From the NCBI GenBank assembly GCA_964016885.1, contig OZ024743.1, forward strand, positions 150,536,001-150,600,000: a DNA stretch of 64,000 bases, read 5' to 3'. Positions 50,490-64,000 of this stretch are shown here, in pieces. The notes under the pieces are model-generated. The model was not told the DNA's origin, did no database searches, and saw only the letters and a program-made list of their open reading frames with translations. How positions within the stretch are numbered: position 1 is the stretch's first letter; the number at the start of each line of letters is the position of its first letter. The translations under genes and the position numbers were made by a program. This stretch comes from Eledone cirrhosa (Eukaryota).

Positions 50490-51784
50490 ACTGACAAGGA
50501 AACAAAATTGCCTGTAGTAGCTGTGTCCAATTCCATTGTGAAAAGTCTGTTCTGGATTGTTATTGGCACATTCAAACTATGAGTATCGTGGGGAACTTCA
50601 CCAAGGATCGCCTTGACTAGCTCAGCTTTCGTGATTCTTTTCACGTAATTCTGTGAGCGATGATTACGTTGCTGATGTTTCTTTCTACACACCGCTTGCA
50701 AATGTCCCTTTTTGTCACAAAAATGACATTTGGCTTCTTTGAAGGGGCAGTCTGTCGCCTTGTGGGCCTTTCCACATCGGTAGCACATCTCCTGGTCTGT
50801 GGAATAAGACTGCTGATGGTTACATTTGGCTTCTTTGAAGGGGCAGTCTGTCGCTTTGTGGGCCTTTCCACATCGGTAGCATATCTCCTGGTCTGTGGAA
50901 TAAGACTGCTGATGGTTCTTTCGAGTACCCTTGTTCTTGTTCTGCTGGACCTTGTAGACTTGCTTGGTTTTGGAACCGTAAACAGTTTCCTTGGCAACCT
51001 TTGCTGTGTCTTCGGTCCCGATGGCAACTTGGACAGCACGGGCGAAATCTAGTTCTGTATCCTTGATCTTGAAAATAGCCTTCAACACAGCTTCATTATT
51101 GACAGAACATATAAATCTCTGTCTTAGAGCTTCATCTTGTGGATTTGTGATCGAAGGAAAATCACAGGTAGCTGCATCCTGACGTATACGTGCTGCCAGC
51201 TCCTGGAGAGTTTCGCCTGGCTTCCGTTGCATGTCACTCCAGAACTTGAAACGTTCTCTCACAATGAAAAGTTTTGGGTCGAACTGTTCTTTCATGAAGT
51301 CAACAATTTCGTCCATTGTCAACTTGTTGATATCCTTAGGCGGACTTTGTTGAGCAGCCAGATTTGCAAGTTGTTTGTAGATAGCAACCGTCTGATTAGT
51401 CAGGAACACTTGTTCCATGCGTTGCTCGGGTACAGCGTTAGCAGCCACAAACGTGCAGAATCTTGACCAGTAATCAGGCCATAGTTCTGTTGTTGAATTA
51501 AAAGCAGCAAATGGTGGGATGAATGCTGTTGGTGTCGAAGCAACTGGCGACGCCAATAAACTTTGTTGTTCAGAATCTCGAGCACCAAACAGTTTTATCA
51601 GAGTGTCCATATCTTTCTTGTGTTGTTGCATTTGTTGCGACGCCAATAAACTCTGTTGTTCCATCTGTTCTCTAAACAACTTTATTAGCTCCGCTGTTTG
51701 TTGTTCCGCGATGTTTTTATGATAAACAATTTCCCGGCAATGTAGGTAAATCCTATCGGCAATGTAGGTAAATCCTATCGGCAA
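50267..51784 (-). pseudogene. Gypsy gag + aspartic protease
   Basis: QRKPGET, zinc knuckles incl. a 96-bp duplication 50726-50917, protease ELDTAT. Confidence 0.9.
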
Positions 51785-51866
51785 TGTAGGTAAATCCTAT
51801 CGGCAATGTAGGTAAATCCTACCGGCAATGTAGGTAAATCCTATCGGCAATGTAGGTAAATCCTAT
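51735..51866. repeat. 6 x 22-bp tandem array in Gypsy leader
   Basis: cggcaatgtaggtaaatcctat units, one variant ending in -ac. Confidence 0.97.
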
Positions 51867-51885
51867 CGTCGACACCAATAAACTC

Positions 51886-52162
51886 TGTTGTATTCCTCTC
51901 GGTACTCGCAGAGAAAGCACAACGAGTTATATCAAATAATTTGTGTATTGTCCGAAACAACCAAAACGCCCCTCCTCACAGTAGCAGAATAACATAAAGT
52001 AAGTGCAGCAGTCTGTGACCGAGTTTTTAATACCAACGCTGACTGACTGCCCAGGTCACGTGATTCATATGCAAATGTGTGAGCACGTGTAAATTGAATA
52101 AAACGAATTTAACAGTCCATACAACAATGAGGCTGTAAGTTCGATTCCCAGTCCATACAGCA
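51886..52162 (-). repeat. 5' LTR
   Basis: Matches 47109-47383; adjacent to PBS. Confidence 0.95.
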
Positions 52163-53732
52163 CTTTCATTATAAGCAACAAAAAATAATAAAAAGCTGGA
52201 TGTATTTCACCAGAGAGGCTTGAAGAAAATTCTGATAATTTTATATGATGATTGTGTCAAATACAAAGAATACTTGATAAAAGAACATCATTTAAAGACT
52301 CCAAGACAGTAACCAAATTCAAAATGTGAACGGATAGTCACAGCCTGTGGCAGGCAGACCTCTGGGATACAAAATCAACAATGAGATTAATACCCTTAAC
52401 AGGAAGAAGAACACTAGGACGATCATGGACCAATTAAACGTTTTAAAAGGATATGGAAGCTGTCAAAAAGCAACAGGAAAACAGAACAATTGGGAAGAGT
52501 GGTGGAGAATTGCCACCCAATGCACAAACATGTGTAGGATTGACCAAGAAATCAATAACTGTAAAATTATGTTGCTTTGAGTTTTTAGCATGTACAGTGA
52601 AAAAAACATTTAGAGGGACATTATATCTGATACCTTTTAATAATGGATACTAATTCAACAAATTTTAAACATTTGTATTGTAAACAACTATAATTATGTG
52701 ATAATTAGCTGAAATGTGCTATAAGCTTATTAAATATGAATGAAATACACAGGATATATAATTAAAATGTAATGATTGCACTTTAAAGCATTTATTTACA
52801 AAAAAACGAACATTTAAATCTTATATCTTGAAACAAACAAGAAACTATAATAATGAAAAAGAATGAACATATATAAATGAAATGTAATCTCAAACTTGTG
52901 ACTAGTTTGTTGTGTCATTTTAAATGTGCATATTCAGAGTTAAATGACAAATATTTTACCAGTGTTTGCTACATATTGAATATATAGTATTAACATCATG
53001 TCCATTCCCTTACCACCAAGGGTTAGCCAGGCTGGCACTGACAAAATCAATATTCTTAGATGAGCTGAATATATGTTACTTATATATGTTACTGTTGGAC
53101 AATGTAGAAAAATACAGGAGGTTATATTGAATGTGGGTGAAGAGATGAAATGGTGGTAGTATTATAGGGAAAAAAAGTGAGGCATATTCAATATTGCTGA
53201 GGAGATGAAATTATGGTAGTAATGTAAAAATATATAAGGAGCACGTTGAAGGATAAAGACATGAAATGACAGTAGTAATGAAGAAAAATAAAGAGGCTCA
53301 ATTCTGCTGGGATTTCCCCCAATTGTTGTATTTTTTTATGATATGAAAGAGTTATGTGCACGTGGATTGTGGGAGAATGTTCATTTTACAAGTTCATAGA
53401 ATTCTCCACTTTTCTTACTCCCCATCCATGTGTAGTAATTACACTTTTCTTACTTGCACTCACATGCCATATAACTGAAACAATGCCTGGTGAAATTATG
53501 CCAAATAAAAGTTAAGCTTGTTTGATATGGGTGAAGTGATACAAAGTGGTTGGCATGAGGCGAGACATCCAATGGGAAAAACCATGCTAAAACCAGAATA
53601 TGTGCAAGCAAGATATGGCCTCTGACCTATTTGAGTAGTGCTTATTTGGTCTGTGACAACCAATCCAATCTATGTCGGTATGGAATATAAAAAAACACTG
53701 AATTTATATATATATATATATGTGTGTGTGTA

Positions 53733-54173
53733 TATCATCATCAACATCATCATCATTTTACGTCCGCTTTTCCCTGCTTGGGACGCATCTTATTCAACAC
53801 AGCATCTCTCCACTTGTAACGGTCCTTCATCATCTCCACCATGAGCTTCAGTGATCTGAGGTCTGTTCTCACCACCTCCGCCCATGTTTTTTTTTGTGGT
53901 TTACCTCTACCACGTCTTCCTTCAACTGGCATTTCCTGGCACTTCTTCACCCATCGGTCATCCTCCATGCGCATCACATGTCCATACCACTGCAGTCTCC
54001 TCTCTCGCACACTACATTCTATCCCTCTCAGACACAGTTTCTCTCTCAACACATTCATGCTGGGTCGTTCACGCACATTGACATTGCACATCCAACGGAG
54101 CATGCTTGCCTCATTTCTCTCCAGCCGTCACATATCCTCTGCAGTTGCTGCCCATGTCTCACTACCATGCAGC

Positions 54174-54176
<3 letters not shown>
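53733..54176 (-). mobile_element. RTE 3' fragment, close to 43990-44455
   Basis: MLRWMCNVNVRERPS..LQWYGHV..TWAEVV. Confidence 0.9.
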
Positions 54177-54237
<61 letters not shown>

Positions 54238-54239
<2 letters not shown>

Positions 54240-54535
54240 GGGAAAGACCCCCTCGGTCACAAATGACCATGGGACTTCACCTAGAAAGCTTTCCTCCAAG
54301 GTGCAAGTCTGGGCAAGGGGTTGTTTTGTGGAAGACCAGCAGTCCCCCATGCATAGCAATCACCTATGCAAAGCAGTCTCCCTTCTCCACACCACCAATC
54401 TTGTCCAAGGGAAAGGCTATGACTGATACAGCTTGGCACCAATGATGTCACAATTCATTCCTACAAGAGAAACGTGAAATATAGCATCTCGCTCAAGGAC
54501 ACAACGCTTCACCCGATCTCACAACCTCACTAAGC
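54238..54535 (-). mobile_element. SINE family B
   Basis: Homologous to 11428-11738. Confidence 0.75.
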
Positions 54536-54544
54536 CGTATATAT

Positions 54545-55060
54545 AATTCAAATTAAAAGATATATATATAGAGAGAGAGAAAGAGCCATATATTGTTTGA
54601 GAAACACAGTATTTTCCTATAGTACTGTTTCATAGTTCAGAAACCGAAGCAAATATCGATCTAAGTAATCAATTATCGATTACCAATTATCGATTTTGGT
54701 AAAGTTACAGAAGACATGAAACTAATCATCAGAGGAATTGTCTTTGAATAAGTTCCAATAAAGTACAAACTGTGACTAGTACTTTGCATTTCTTTCTAGC
54801 GGATATGACGTCTAGTCCTATTTGAATTTGCTGCGATAATTAAAATATGCTTTCAGATTCTGACTGATATAATGGTGTTTCGGGACTTAATACTAAGTAT
54901 TTATGAAAAAGAGGCTTTATATATATGTACAAAATACTTTGTTTTTCTCAAATGATATATGGCTCTTTCTTTATACATATATCTTTTAAGTTGAATTATT
55001 GATACTCTGGGCCAACATCCATTGAGCTTTTTTTATTAAGAAACATAATTATCATACATA
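54545..55060. mobile_element. Foldback pLTR element with degenerate HHR
   Basis: IR 54545-54615 / 54931-54998; minus strand CTGATGA (54726-54732)..GAAA-CAGTACT at 54614-54737. Confidence 0.7.
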
Positions 55061-56329
55061 TTATATATATTATGATACTTTAACATAGTATATATACAAT
55101 ATGTTAAGGGATGATTTCATTTGATGTGATTATTTAACACTTTTTATTAAATATTAAACATCACATTTTACAGATGTTTACTTCTAAACTGGATTTAATT
55201 GTAGTGATTTCTTAAATATAATTCACTAAATTACCCAGATTTTGTATCTTTTAATATCTAAAAATTCTCAGCAAACATATTTTGGGGAATTGCAAAGCTC
55301 CTAAGGAAAAGCTTAAATATGCATATGATATGAGCATCTAATATTTCATCTAAACTTAACCATTTTCAAATAATGAAATACCATTGCTGTTTTATACAAC
55401 CCCAATATTTTAGATATTTCCATAAATCTAACAATTATATTTTGCTTCCCAAGTGGAAGTGGAAATGATGTTAAGCATATTTCTAAAATTCTTTTCATTA
55501 GCAGTCCATCAGCTTTTTTATATTAATTAACATATTTCTTAATATCATAATTATATCATAAATAATGAATGCATTATTATAAAATTAAAGGTAGTTAAGA
55601 ATGCTATGTAACTAATGGGAAAAAATTAAGTCAATATAAAAATTATAATAAAAATATATTTTAAAAAATCAAATATTTGATATTACATTTTTGTTTAGTT
55701 ATTTTGATTGATAAAAGGATATTAAAAATGAAAATATTCAATCTATTTTTCTCCTGGATTGATTAGAGTGACATTTTCTTTTTAACTGAATCATTGGAAA
55801 TAATATCCTCCAGCAGATTTAAACACTTTAGTGAAGGTTTTTCACAGTAAATTTCCAGTTAAATGTAAGAATTAAGATGAAAAATAAGAATAAGTACTCA
55901 TCATAAATTGGCAGAAGTGACTTTCAAGCACTGATAGAAATGACTGAATAACAATCAAATATTTGATTTGATAAATGAAATTATCAAGAGGTTTTGTAAA
56001 ATAAAATTAATACTTGTTCTTTTGTCATTTAATCAGGTTGTTTATATTTTACTCTCTATCTACCTCTATTTTATCTATATATCCACCTATGTATACCTTT
56101 GATAGGCATCACAGTTATGTAGTATGACACTATAAATCATCTCTTTCAATTACAATATAGTATAAATGAAGTTAAAAGACCCTTTTAAATATGAAGATTG
56201 AATCATACTTCCTGCACAAGAATTCATAAAGCCATTAAAATGAGAGGAGTATAATGGACAGGGAACTATTATCTATATTATTAAATAGCAAGGAATATTC
56301 TTATAAATATAGTTTTTTGCAAATTGTTA

Positions 56330-57047
56330 ATGTTTACTTCCTTCTGGACCCTCTAAAGTCTGTGCAATGCACTCTACATGTGAGTAGAGAAGTTCAAGTA
56401 TCTTGGGGCCGTTTTCATGAGTGATGGAAGGGAGGAGAATAAATTAAGTGCAAGAATTGCAGGAACTAGTGCAGTGATGTGTCAGCTTCAGCATTCGGTT
56501 ATCAGAAAGAGTTAGATGTAAAAGTCAAACTTGCTATTTTCAATTCAGTATCTATGTCAACCCTTACCTATAGTTATGAATCTTGGGCAATGACTGAAAA
56601 AATATGATCGTGAATACAAGTGGCCAAAATGGTGTTCTTCTGAAGGGTCCTTAGTGTAAGATTACTCAATAGAGTGATAGCTCAAAGATCAGGGAGCCAC
56701 TCCAGCTAAAACCCTACTTCTTTGAATTGAGAGATCACAGCTCTGATACTATGGACATGTGACCAGAATGTCTCAGGAAAGAATTGCTGGACAGATTTTA
56801 CAGGCAAAACCAACAAACAGGAGACCCAAAGTTAGACCCCGAGCAAGATGGTTGGATAACATCCATGAGCTTAGCTGGTCTCATTGAGGATCCAATTGGA
56901 GACAGTTGTCTCTGGCAGGACTTCTGGGGAGACATGCTTGAGGACTAGGCCGCATGACCTTTCCAGGAATAAGTGGGAGGAGGAGGCGATGGAGGGATGA
57001 GGAGGAGGAGGAGGAGGAGGAGAAGAAGAAGAAGAAGAAGAAGAAGA
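56330..57047 (+). mobile_element. RTE 3' fragment, (GAG)/(GAA)n tail
   Basis: EKFKYLG, LTYSYESW; homologous to 6270-6931. Confidence 0.85.
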
Positions 57048-57941
57048 ATATGGTTTTGTCAGTAAATGTGATGCATATAACAACAAATAAATTGATAACT
57101 ACAGTTCAATATTGTTCAGATTTGGTTAGATTTAGAAATAATTGTTTCTACGTTTGGCACAAGGCCAGCAATTTGGTTAGATTTAGAAATAATGATTGTC
57201 ATTAGAATCCAATCCAAGGTGAAATATAATTTCTCTACTATTAGAGCTACTATTAGCTCTAATTTAACTAAATGGCAGTGAAATGGTCTCTCAAACCCAT
57301 GGGGTGGGATCTACAAATCCAATGTACCAAGCTATAGTTTGATTACTTTTGGAAGTATAGGACACATTATTATATTCCTATGTGATAGGCTGTTTAGGAT
57401 GCAATGAAACTGGGGAGCTACATTTTTTATGATATCCAATATGTTATTTCAGATATACTGCCTTTATGATTTGGTTCAAGATTCTATTGAAGCGTCACAA
57501 ATCACATTATGTCCTCAGTTTCATGTACAAGAATAGATACTGATTAGATTTTTTAAATGGTTTTTGATGCTACAGCTATTTTAGTATGGTTTGTTATGGG
57601 AGCAGTGATAGAACGATAATTAAAAATATTATGAAGATGCTTATGTGCACATGTTTTCAGTTATGCTTTTATGGGTTGTGGGAGATATGAGTTAGTCAAA
57701 GGAGGATGGTTGCAGTCCTTTTCTGGCTAATTAAGATCAGGAAGATTATCAGCTGATGTTCAACTTATATATCTAAATCTCTGTTAATTGATGTCTGCAA
57801 AAAAAGTATAAAAATGGAAAGAAATTCCAATGAACTACAGCTCTGGGGAAGAGTGTTTGAAATGTGTTTGATGTGGGATCTAGAATATATAAAAAATAGT
57901 AGTGACAATAGGAAGAGAAATAAAGGAATTGGGTCAGCCTG

Positions 57942-58750
57942 GGAAGGGTATACAGATAGTTCAAAGGCCAGAGTCTGTTGTAGTAGAGGAAGAAGACGTA
58001 GAGTTAAGAAATAATAAATCTTTGAATCAGTGTTTGTAGTGTGTTGGTGAGAGATTTTGCCAATCAACTGAATGGCTTTCTATAAGATACAGTTTCGGAA
58101 ATGCGTGTTTATTTGAAAGAGCAGAACAGTCCCAAATAGGTGAAGAGTACTCTAAATTTGGTTCTGAGGTCTGTAGCTAATTCACAATTGATAAGGAATG
58201 AAGAATTTTCCTCTGAACAAGAATATGAGTCTTTAAATTACAGTTTTGAGCTTCACATGAGTTTACCAAGAGAAATCAATAATTGCAAGACAGAAGTTTC
58301 TGATAATATTTAATATCCGTACTTAATTAAATAATTGTTTCTACTTTAGGCACAAGGCCAGCTAACCTTGGAGTGATTTGAAATCAGGACATAAAGAACC
58401 GTAACTCTATGCCGCGAAGCATGATGTCTTCAATGCACCAGAACAGCAGAACAGGATGAAATTTGTTGAGTCTGGTGTTATGACTTCAAGCAAGACATCT
58501 CCATCCACCTTTCTTTTGAGCCAGATGTAGTAACTCACTTTCTCAGTTGATTCTAATAGCTGTTTCCTTTCCTCTGCCTCCAGCCTAAGGCCCCTGGAGA
58601 GGGTATATGGATAGTTCAAAAGGCAAAGGCTGTTGTAGTCATGAAAGAAGAGGCAGAAAGAAACAACAAATTTTTAAACAAGTTTTTGTAGTGTGTTGGT
58701 GAGAGATTTTGCCAATCAACTGAATGGCTCTCTATAAAGTACAGTTTAGG
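57942..58750. repeat. Diverged ~155-bp direct repeat pair around a non-LTR-like fragment
   Basis: 57942-58098 vs 58596-58750; the interior minus-strand ESTEKVSYYIWLKRK resembles C-termini of restriction-like-endonuclease LINEs (Hero-like; inference). Confidence 0.5.
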
Positions 58751-59784
58751 TAAGACCTATGGACATGTCAATGTTTTATTTGATAATTATTTATTTGATT
58801 TAATTGATGTGGGTTTATAGGCAATAGAATTTTTGTATCAACTTCATTTTGTGTCCACTTTCAGTGCAGGCATGGGTTGGATGGATCATCGTGGTTTGAA
58901 ACTGGACAGATTGAAGAACCTTGTCTCACTTATATGTTCAATTTTTGACATGGTGTTAGAAAGGGCATCCAACAACTTTAGTAAGTGTACTGGATGCACT
59001 TAGCTATGATAAGAACACTAGAGAGGTCATTATGTTCCCAACATGACTAAATGGTTATCTCAACCCTATATGGTGTATAATTGTGGCAATCAAGCAGAGA
59101 CAGTGTATATGTTATCATGTCAACAGTACTAATGAGTTTGCCTTCGATCTCACAAGAATAAAGAGCACTCACTACCCTGTTGTCTCCATTCATTTAAGGC
59201 AATGTGACTAAGAGAGTGAATAGGAAATCAATGACAAAGCTTTATTAACACCTTTAAGGAATATTATTTTTGTTAAACCCAGCAGACGTTTTTAGTTTGG
59301 TGTATAGGACAGTGTCAGCGTAAAAGCAACCAGAGGTTAAGTATACACCAAACTTTGACAAATCTATTCTACCACAGTCCTACATCTACATACCCAATAC
59401 CTAATATAATTTCAAGGAGACTGCCTTTTCTTGCAAGTCAAACAGCTATATATGGATTTCTATGCTTATTTGCTTTATGAAGTTTTATGATTCCTGATAT
59501 CATGTCATTCAATATTTTGTTTTCTGTAATGGAAGTTTTAATGCTTATAATTAATGTATGATTATTTTCTAGCCTGAAATAATATAAAAGAAACTTCAAA
59601 AGCCTCATTTATGTTGGACACATTAGCACTCTAAGGAATTTTCAGTTTAATTCTTTGACCAATGTATAATAAGTTTTATTTCTGTTTTCTATTATTACTT
59701 AATTGTTGGGATTGTGATGTTTAGACTTTTTCTATTCAATATAATAAATAAACTTCAATTATCTAGACTTATATCAATAATATA

Positions 59785-60390
59785 TATGAACTGATAGAGA
59801 AATTAGGCATAAGAGGGATCAGATGCAATATGATAGAAAGGAAATTGTGTTGGTATGATCATGTGATGTGAATTAAGGATGACAGCTGTATATAAAGGTG
59901 CAGAGCGATCATAGTTGATGGAAGTTATGAAATAGGAAGACCCAGGAAGACTTCGGATGAGCTAATAAAAGCTGACCTTGCACAATTGAACCTCTCAAAA
60001 ACAATGACACAGGATCAAGATCTTTGGGGTTATGCAGTAATACAGAAGACATGCCTTCCAATACACGCACACTCAAACATACATCTTAACCTTTATACCC
60101 CCCTTCCATACACCTTCCACATCCCAACACCCACCCACTTACTTCTGTCCACACCTACCTTCCTACCTTACACTGTAAAATGGTCATGTAGGTGTTGCAA
60201 CAAAAAGCACCCAGTACACACTGCAAATGTAGTTGGCATTAGGAAGGGCATCCAGCTGTAGAAACCTGGCCAGTAACAGTTCTGTATGAGCAAGACATGG
60301 TCACCTGACCTAACTTGCCTTTAATAGGATGGCCCGTATAACCCATGCTAGCATGGAAAATGGGCGTAAAACAATGATGATGATGATGAA
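59785..60390 (+). mobile_element. RTE 3' fragment with (GAT)n tail
   Basis: EKLGIRGI, GRPRKT; homologous to 17980-18648. Confidence 0.85.
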
Positions 60391-60409
60391 TACAACTATG
60401 TGTAGTAAA

Positions 60410-60530
60410 TACGAGGATGGGCTGAAAAGTTCATAGACTAACTATGAAGGAGTGATGCTAGGGCTGTGAAATCTCTCATGCATTAATTCCAACTCTTCTT
60501 ACTTATAACTGCTTTGTTTCTTTCCAGGGA
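60410..60530 (+). mobile_element. Possible mariner-type TIR fragment
   Basis: TA-cgaggatgggctgaaaagttc resembles mariner termini; no partner end found. Confidence 0.45.
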
Positions 60531-61244
60531 CTATATTGAAAAATAAAGCTCATTTGGTTATTCCACATGAGTATCTTGGTCAATCTATGAACATAGCAGA
60601 GAGAGATATGGTACTGCGTGTCTTATATTGAGGTTAGTTAGAGGACAGTAAAAAAGACTGCTTCCCCATTTGTGTAGAATTATTTTGAAAAGAGACCAAG
60701 TTCTGTTTGATTCAGCTATGTTTGCTAAGTGAGAGCTAAGTGTGAGGTGCTATTGAGTTTAACATTTTATAAACAAGATGGCTGACAGAAAATCAGACAG
60801 TAAACATCAAAACATAACTTGTCATGTGAAGGGTTGCAACATAACTCACCATGTCTTCTAAAGTGCTGGGAAAACAGCAATCTTGACAAAACAAAGCAAA
60901 AGATAATGAAAACCGAAGGATGATACAAATGGTGAATTAACAGAATATCATATACATCATATACATCATATACATGAAGAATATCATATACATCATGTAC
61001 ATGTGTAGATGATACAAACAGGGGCAGAGGCCTGCTTGATATGTGTGTAAAAATGCAAGTAGGTTTATATAATAGGAACATAGCATGTGCTTTAGAACAA
61101 GTGAGTTTGCATAAAGGGAAATGAGCAATGATGTTAGTGCTTTTGCAAATAAAGATATAGTCTTTACATGTCATTCAGTACTGAGTTGGTTTGGAGTAAA
61201 GTAAAATTATTTGTTAGAGAAATTCAGTATTGTTAAAAATTACT

Positions 61245-61567
61245 AACTGGCACTCTGTCGGTTATGATGTGTGTTCCAATTGATCTGATCAATGGAACAG
61301 CCAGCTCATGAAATTAACGTACAAGTGGCTGAGCATTCCACTGACACACATACCCATAACATACTTCTCAGGGAGATTCAGCATGACACTGAGCGTGACA
61401 AGGCTTGCCATTCAAATTACAGGTTCAACTCATTTTTGCCAGCTGAGTAGACTGGAGCAGTGTGAAATAAAGTGTCTTGCTCAAGGACATAATGTGCCAT
61501 TGGGAATCGAACTCACAACTTTATGATTGTGAGCTGAATACCCTAACCACAAAGCCATGTGCCATCT
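61245..61567 (-). mobile_element. tRNA-headed SINE
   Basis: Minus strand tggctttgtggttagggtattcagc..gtgagttcgattccc (A/B boxes); shares gaaataaagtgtcttgctcaaggaca with family B. Confidence 0.75.
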
Positions 61568-63289
61568 TTAGTTGTTGTTATGCTGTCTGTCCCTATTATG
61601 TTACATTAGCTGCTGAAATAGATGCTCATAATATTGTGTAATATAATGGTGACAGCAATAAGTATGGACAAAATATAGTTGTGACAGCAGTAAGTTTGGA
61701 CTTAAATTTTGAAACTTTTAAAAGTGGTAACAGCCAGTTAAAAAAATAAAAGTATTTGATCAAGTTAAAAGGTGGATGGTATGCCAACTAGCTGAAAGAA
61801 AGTAGAAAGATTGTTTTCACTTTAAGCTGATGTCTGTTGGTATACAAAGCTAGAACAGCTTGTGTTTGTGAACTGAGGGCTAAGTGGAAGATTCTTATGG
61901 GTCTAACTTTATATAACCCAAATAGGAGACAGAATACTGATCTCTGATTCACAATTTTAAACCTGATGGAAATGGTGAACTCCTAAACGGTTACCTGGTG
62001 TATGAGGAGTTAATGTACATACCTTGTCATTTGCATTAGAATTATATGTAAAGAAAAAAAGGCTTGAAAGAAATCTATAAACCAAAAATAATCAAAGGAA
62101 ACATTAGAAATACTATTGTCTATTTATTAAGAAATAATATGGTAGCACTCACAAATCATTATGATATAAAGATATACAAGTTGTAGAAATATTTCAATGA
62201 TATAAAGGAATTTTAATTTCATGTTTTATTATTGAAGCTGATAAAGAAAGATCTTCAAGTATTTAAAGATTAATAAGAATGGTTAGCAATAATCTTATGG
62301 AAATAAATACTGAACTATACCTTACTCAAATCAAAGACATTTAAACTTATCTTACAAAAGTTGTCTATGTATTTTTGTGAAATAAATAAAATAAGAAATT
62401 AAAACCTACAATGCTGAAAATACTGCACTAAACTGAAACTGTGAAACAGATATTGTTCTTTAACAGCAAAATAAATCTATTTCAGAAATCAATTCCACGA
62501 ATTAGCTAGTTGGAAAATAATAATATTTGTAAATTTAATATTATTTTTAAATATATCAATAATTGTCAAGTGGTTTAGGAAAGCCTGGAAAAAGTTTTCC
62601 GAATTAGGATCAAGCCAAATTTAAGCCTATTTTGGATTTTAAAATCCGATAGATTCATTTCTAAATGAAATTACAAAGAGATTGGAAATCTGAAATAGGT
62701 TTTACAAATATTTATCAACTGAAAATAGTAGCAGTTCAATTATGACAGTATGTATAAATATTAAATATGTCTAAAACAACAATACAAACGTATGGTTTTT
62801 AAATTTAAGACACATTAAATTTTATTATTCAAATACATATGTATTATATATATACACACACATGTGGAGAGGGTTGTACATATACACACATATATATATA
62901 TATATTGACAGAGAGAGAGAGAATGGAAGAATGATATGTATGGGACAGATAAAGTTATTTGAATTTATAGAAATTAATTTAAAAATAGTTCTTTAAAAGC
63001 TTGAAAATGTTTAAAATTTTAGAAGAATATGTCAAGAAGAAAGCAAGTGTAATTGAAATAATAAAATTCATATGGTAATATATGAACTTTATTTTAAAAT
63101 ACTTTAAATGTTTTTTATATAATTGTCAATATTAATAAATTTTAAGTTGTCATATAGTTAAAATATTCATTTCTTAGAATAAAAAAAAATCATCAAATGA
63201 TTAATTCTCCTTCATTGGAAATATAAATATATGGAAATATTTTCTAGTATTATTACATTCACTGCAAGGATGCTTTATATATTAAATAA

Positions 63290-63425
63290 ACCCCAGTACT
63301 TGACTGGTAGTATTTTGTTTTCAGTCTCAAAAGGATGAAAGACAAAGTTGACCTTCACAAGATTTATCAAGAGTGTAAAAGGTTGTGATTAAATACTCCA
63401 AGCATTTTGTCTGATGCTCTATCTA
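63290..63425 (-). mobile_element. SINE family A, degenerate
   Basis: cccagtacttgactggta..aaggatgaaagacaaagttgacct. Confidence 0.65.
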
Positions 63426-64000
63426 TTCTTTCTAGAGAAAGAAAATAGGAATTTTGTAAAACATAAACATTATATCTAACCTAGAGCAGCTAGGTTAATG
63501 CTACATTACCACTTATATATGGTGATGGCTTAAAATTTAGAATATCTTCTTGCCTGTTTATTCCCAGGTATCACTTGATCAAGTAGTTCTATGATCAAAG
63601 GCGTTCCAGTTGCAGCCATCTCATCTATTCAGTCAGTACTGACTTGGAGCTTAACAACAACCAACAATGTATTTCTCTGTCATCATATTTCCTGTTGGTT
63701 TAGCTTAATATACAAAAGAAATATCCTCCTTCAGAATATACGAGTACAACAATGAAACATGCATGAAATTTAATAATTTACTCATAGACTTTAGTCTTAC
63801 TTAGACTGTAATGACTTTGTAAGCCAAACCCATTTCTAAACAGATTGCATTTAAAAAGGAAGGGATATGAAAGATATATTTGAATAACTTAAATCATTTT
63901 TTTTATTTAGCAAGATAACTCTTAGAATGTAATAAACAAATTGGTTTGCTCTGAAATATTTATTTTTTATTGATTCCTTATGCCAACTCTATAAAACTTT

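Larger units (their letters stand above)
47109..52162 (-). mobile_element. Full-length Ty3/Gypsy LTR retrotransposon (Mag-like), inactivated
   Basis: LTRs 47109-47383 and 51886-52162 (TG..CA), 5-bp TSD CTTTC (47104-47108, 52163-52167), PPT ggtggggagg at 47384-47393, PBS TGGTGTCGACGATAGGATT, gag-PR-RT-RH-IN order. Confidence 0.96.

Noticed and set aside
51735-51866. CRISPR array
   Set aside because: Contiguous tandem units without spacers inside an LTR element

Overview
AT-rich, repeat-saturated eukaryotic (animal) DNA. The SINE/LINE repertoire resembles an octopod cephalopod genome (inference). No host protein-coding exon could be supported. Contents: (i) many Penelope-like elements (PLEs; RT plus C-terminal GIY-YIG) and non-coding pseudo-LTR (pLTR) derivatives, mostly sitting in (TA)n microsatellites, often as inverted/foldback structures; (ii) about 18 recognisable minimal type I hammerhead ribozyme (HHR) copies from about 13 pLTR families, most with a self-complementary stem III and some with non-canonical cores (U3-A8 covariant, U4C); (iii) a non-coding 593-bp tandem unit with one HHR per repeat, resembling a retrozyme/circular-RNA element (21638-22667; best candidate for a novel system); (iv) RTE-clade LINEs of two families, one with a PHD-like finger inside the RT; (v) a CR1/L2-group LINE; (vi) a full-length but mutated Ty3/Gypsy provirus (47109-52162, CTTTC TSD) with unusual PBS duplications, a tRNA-T-arm-like tandem array and a SINE fragment inside its LTRs; (vii) tRNA-derived SINEs, a piggyBac-like MITE and many microsatellites. 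Boundaries of degenerate repeats are approximate.
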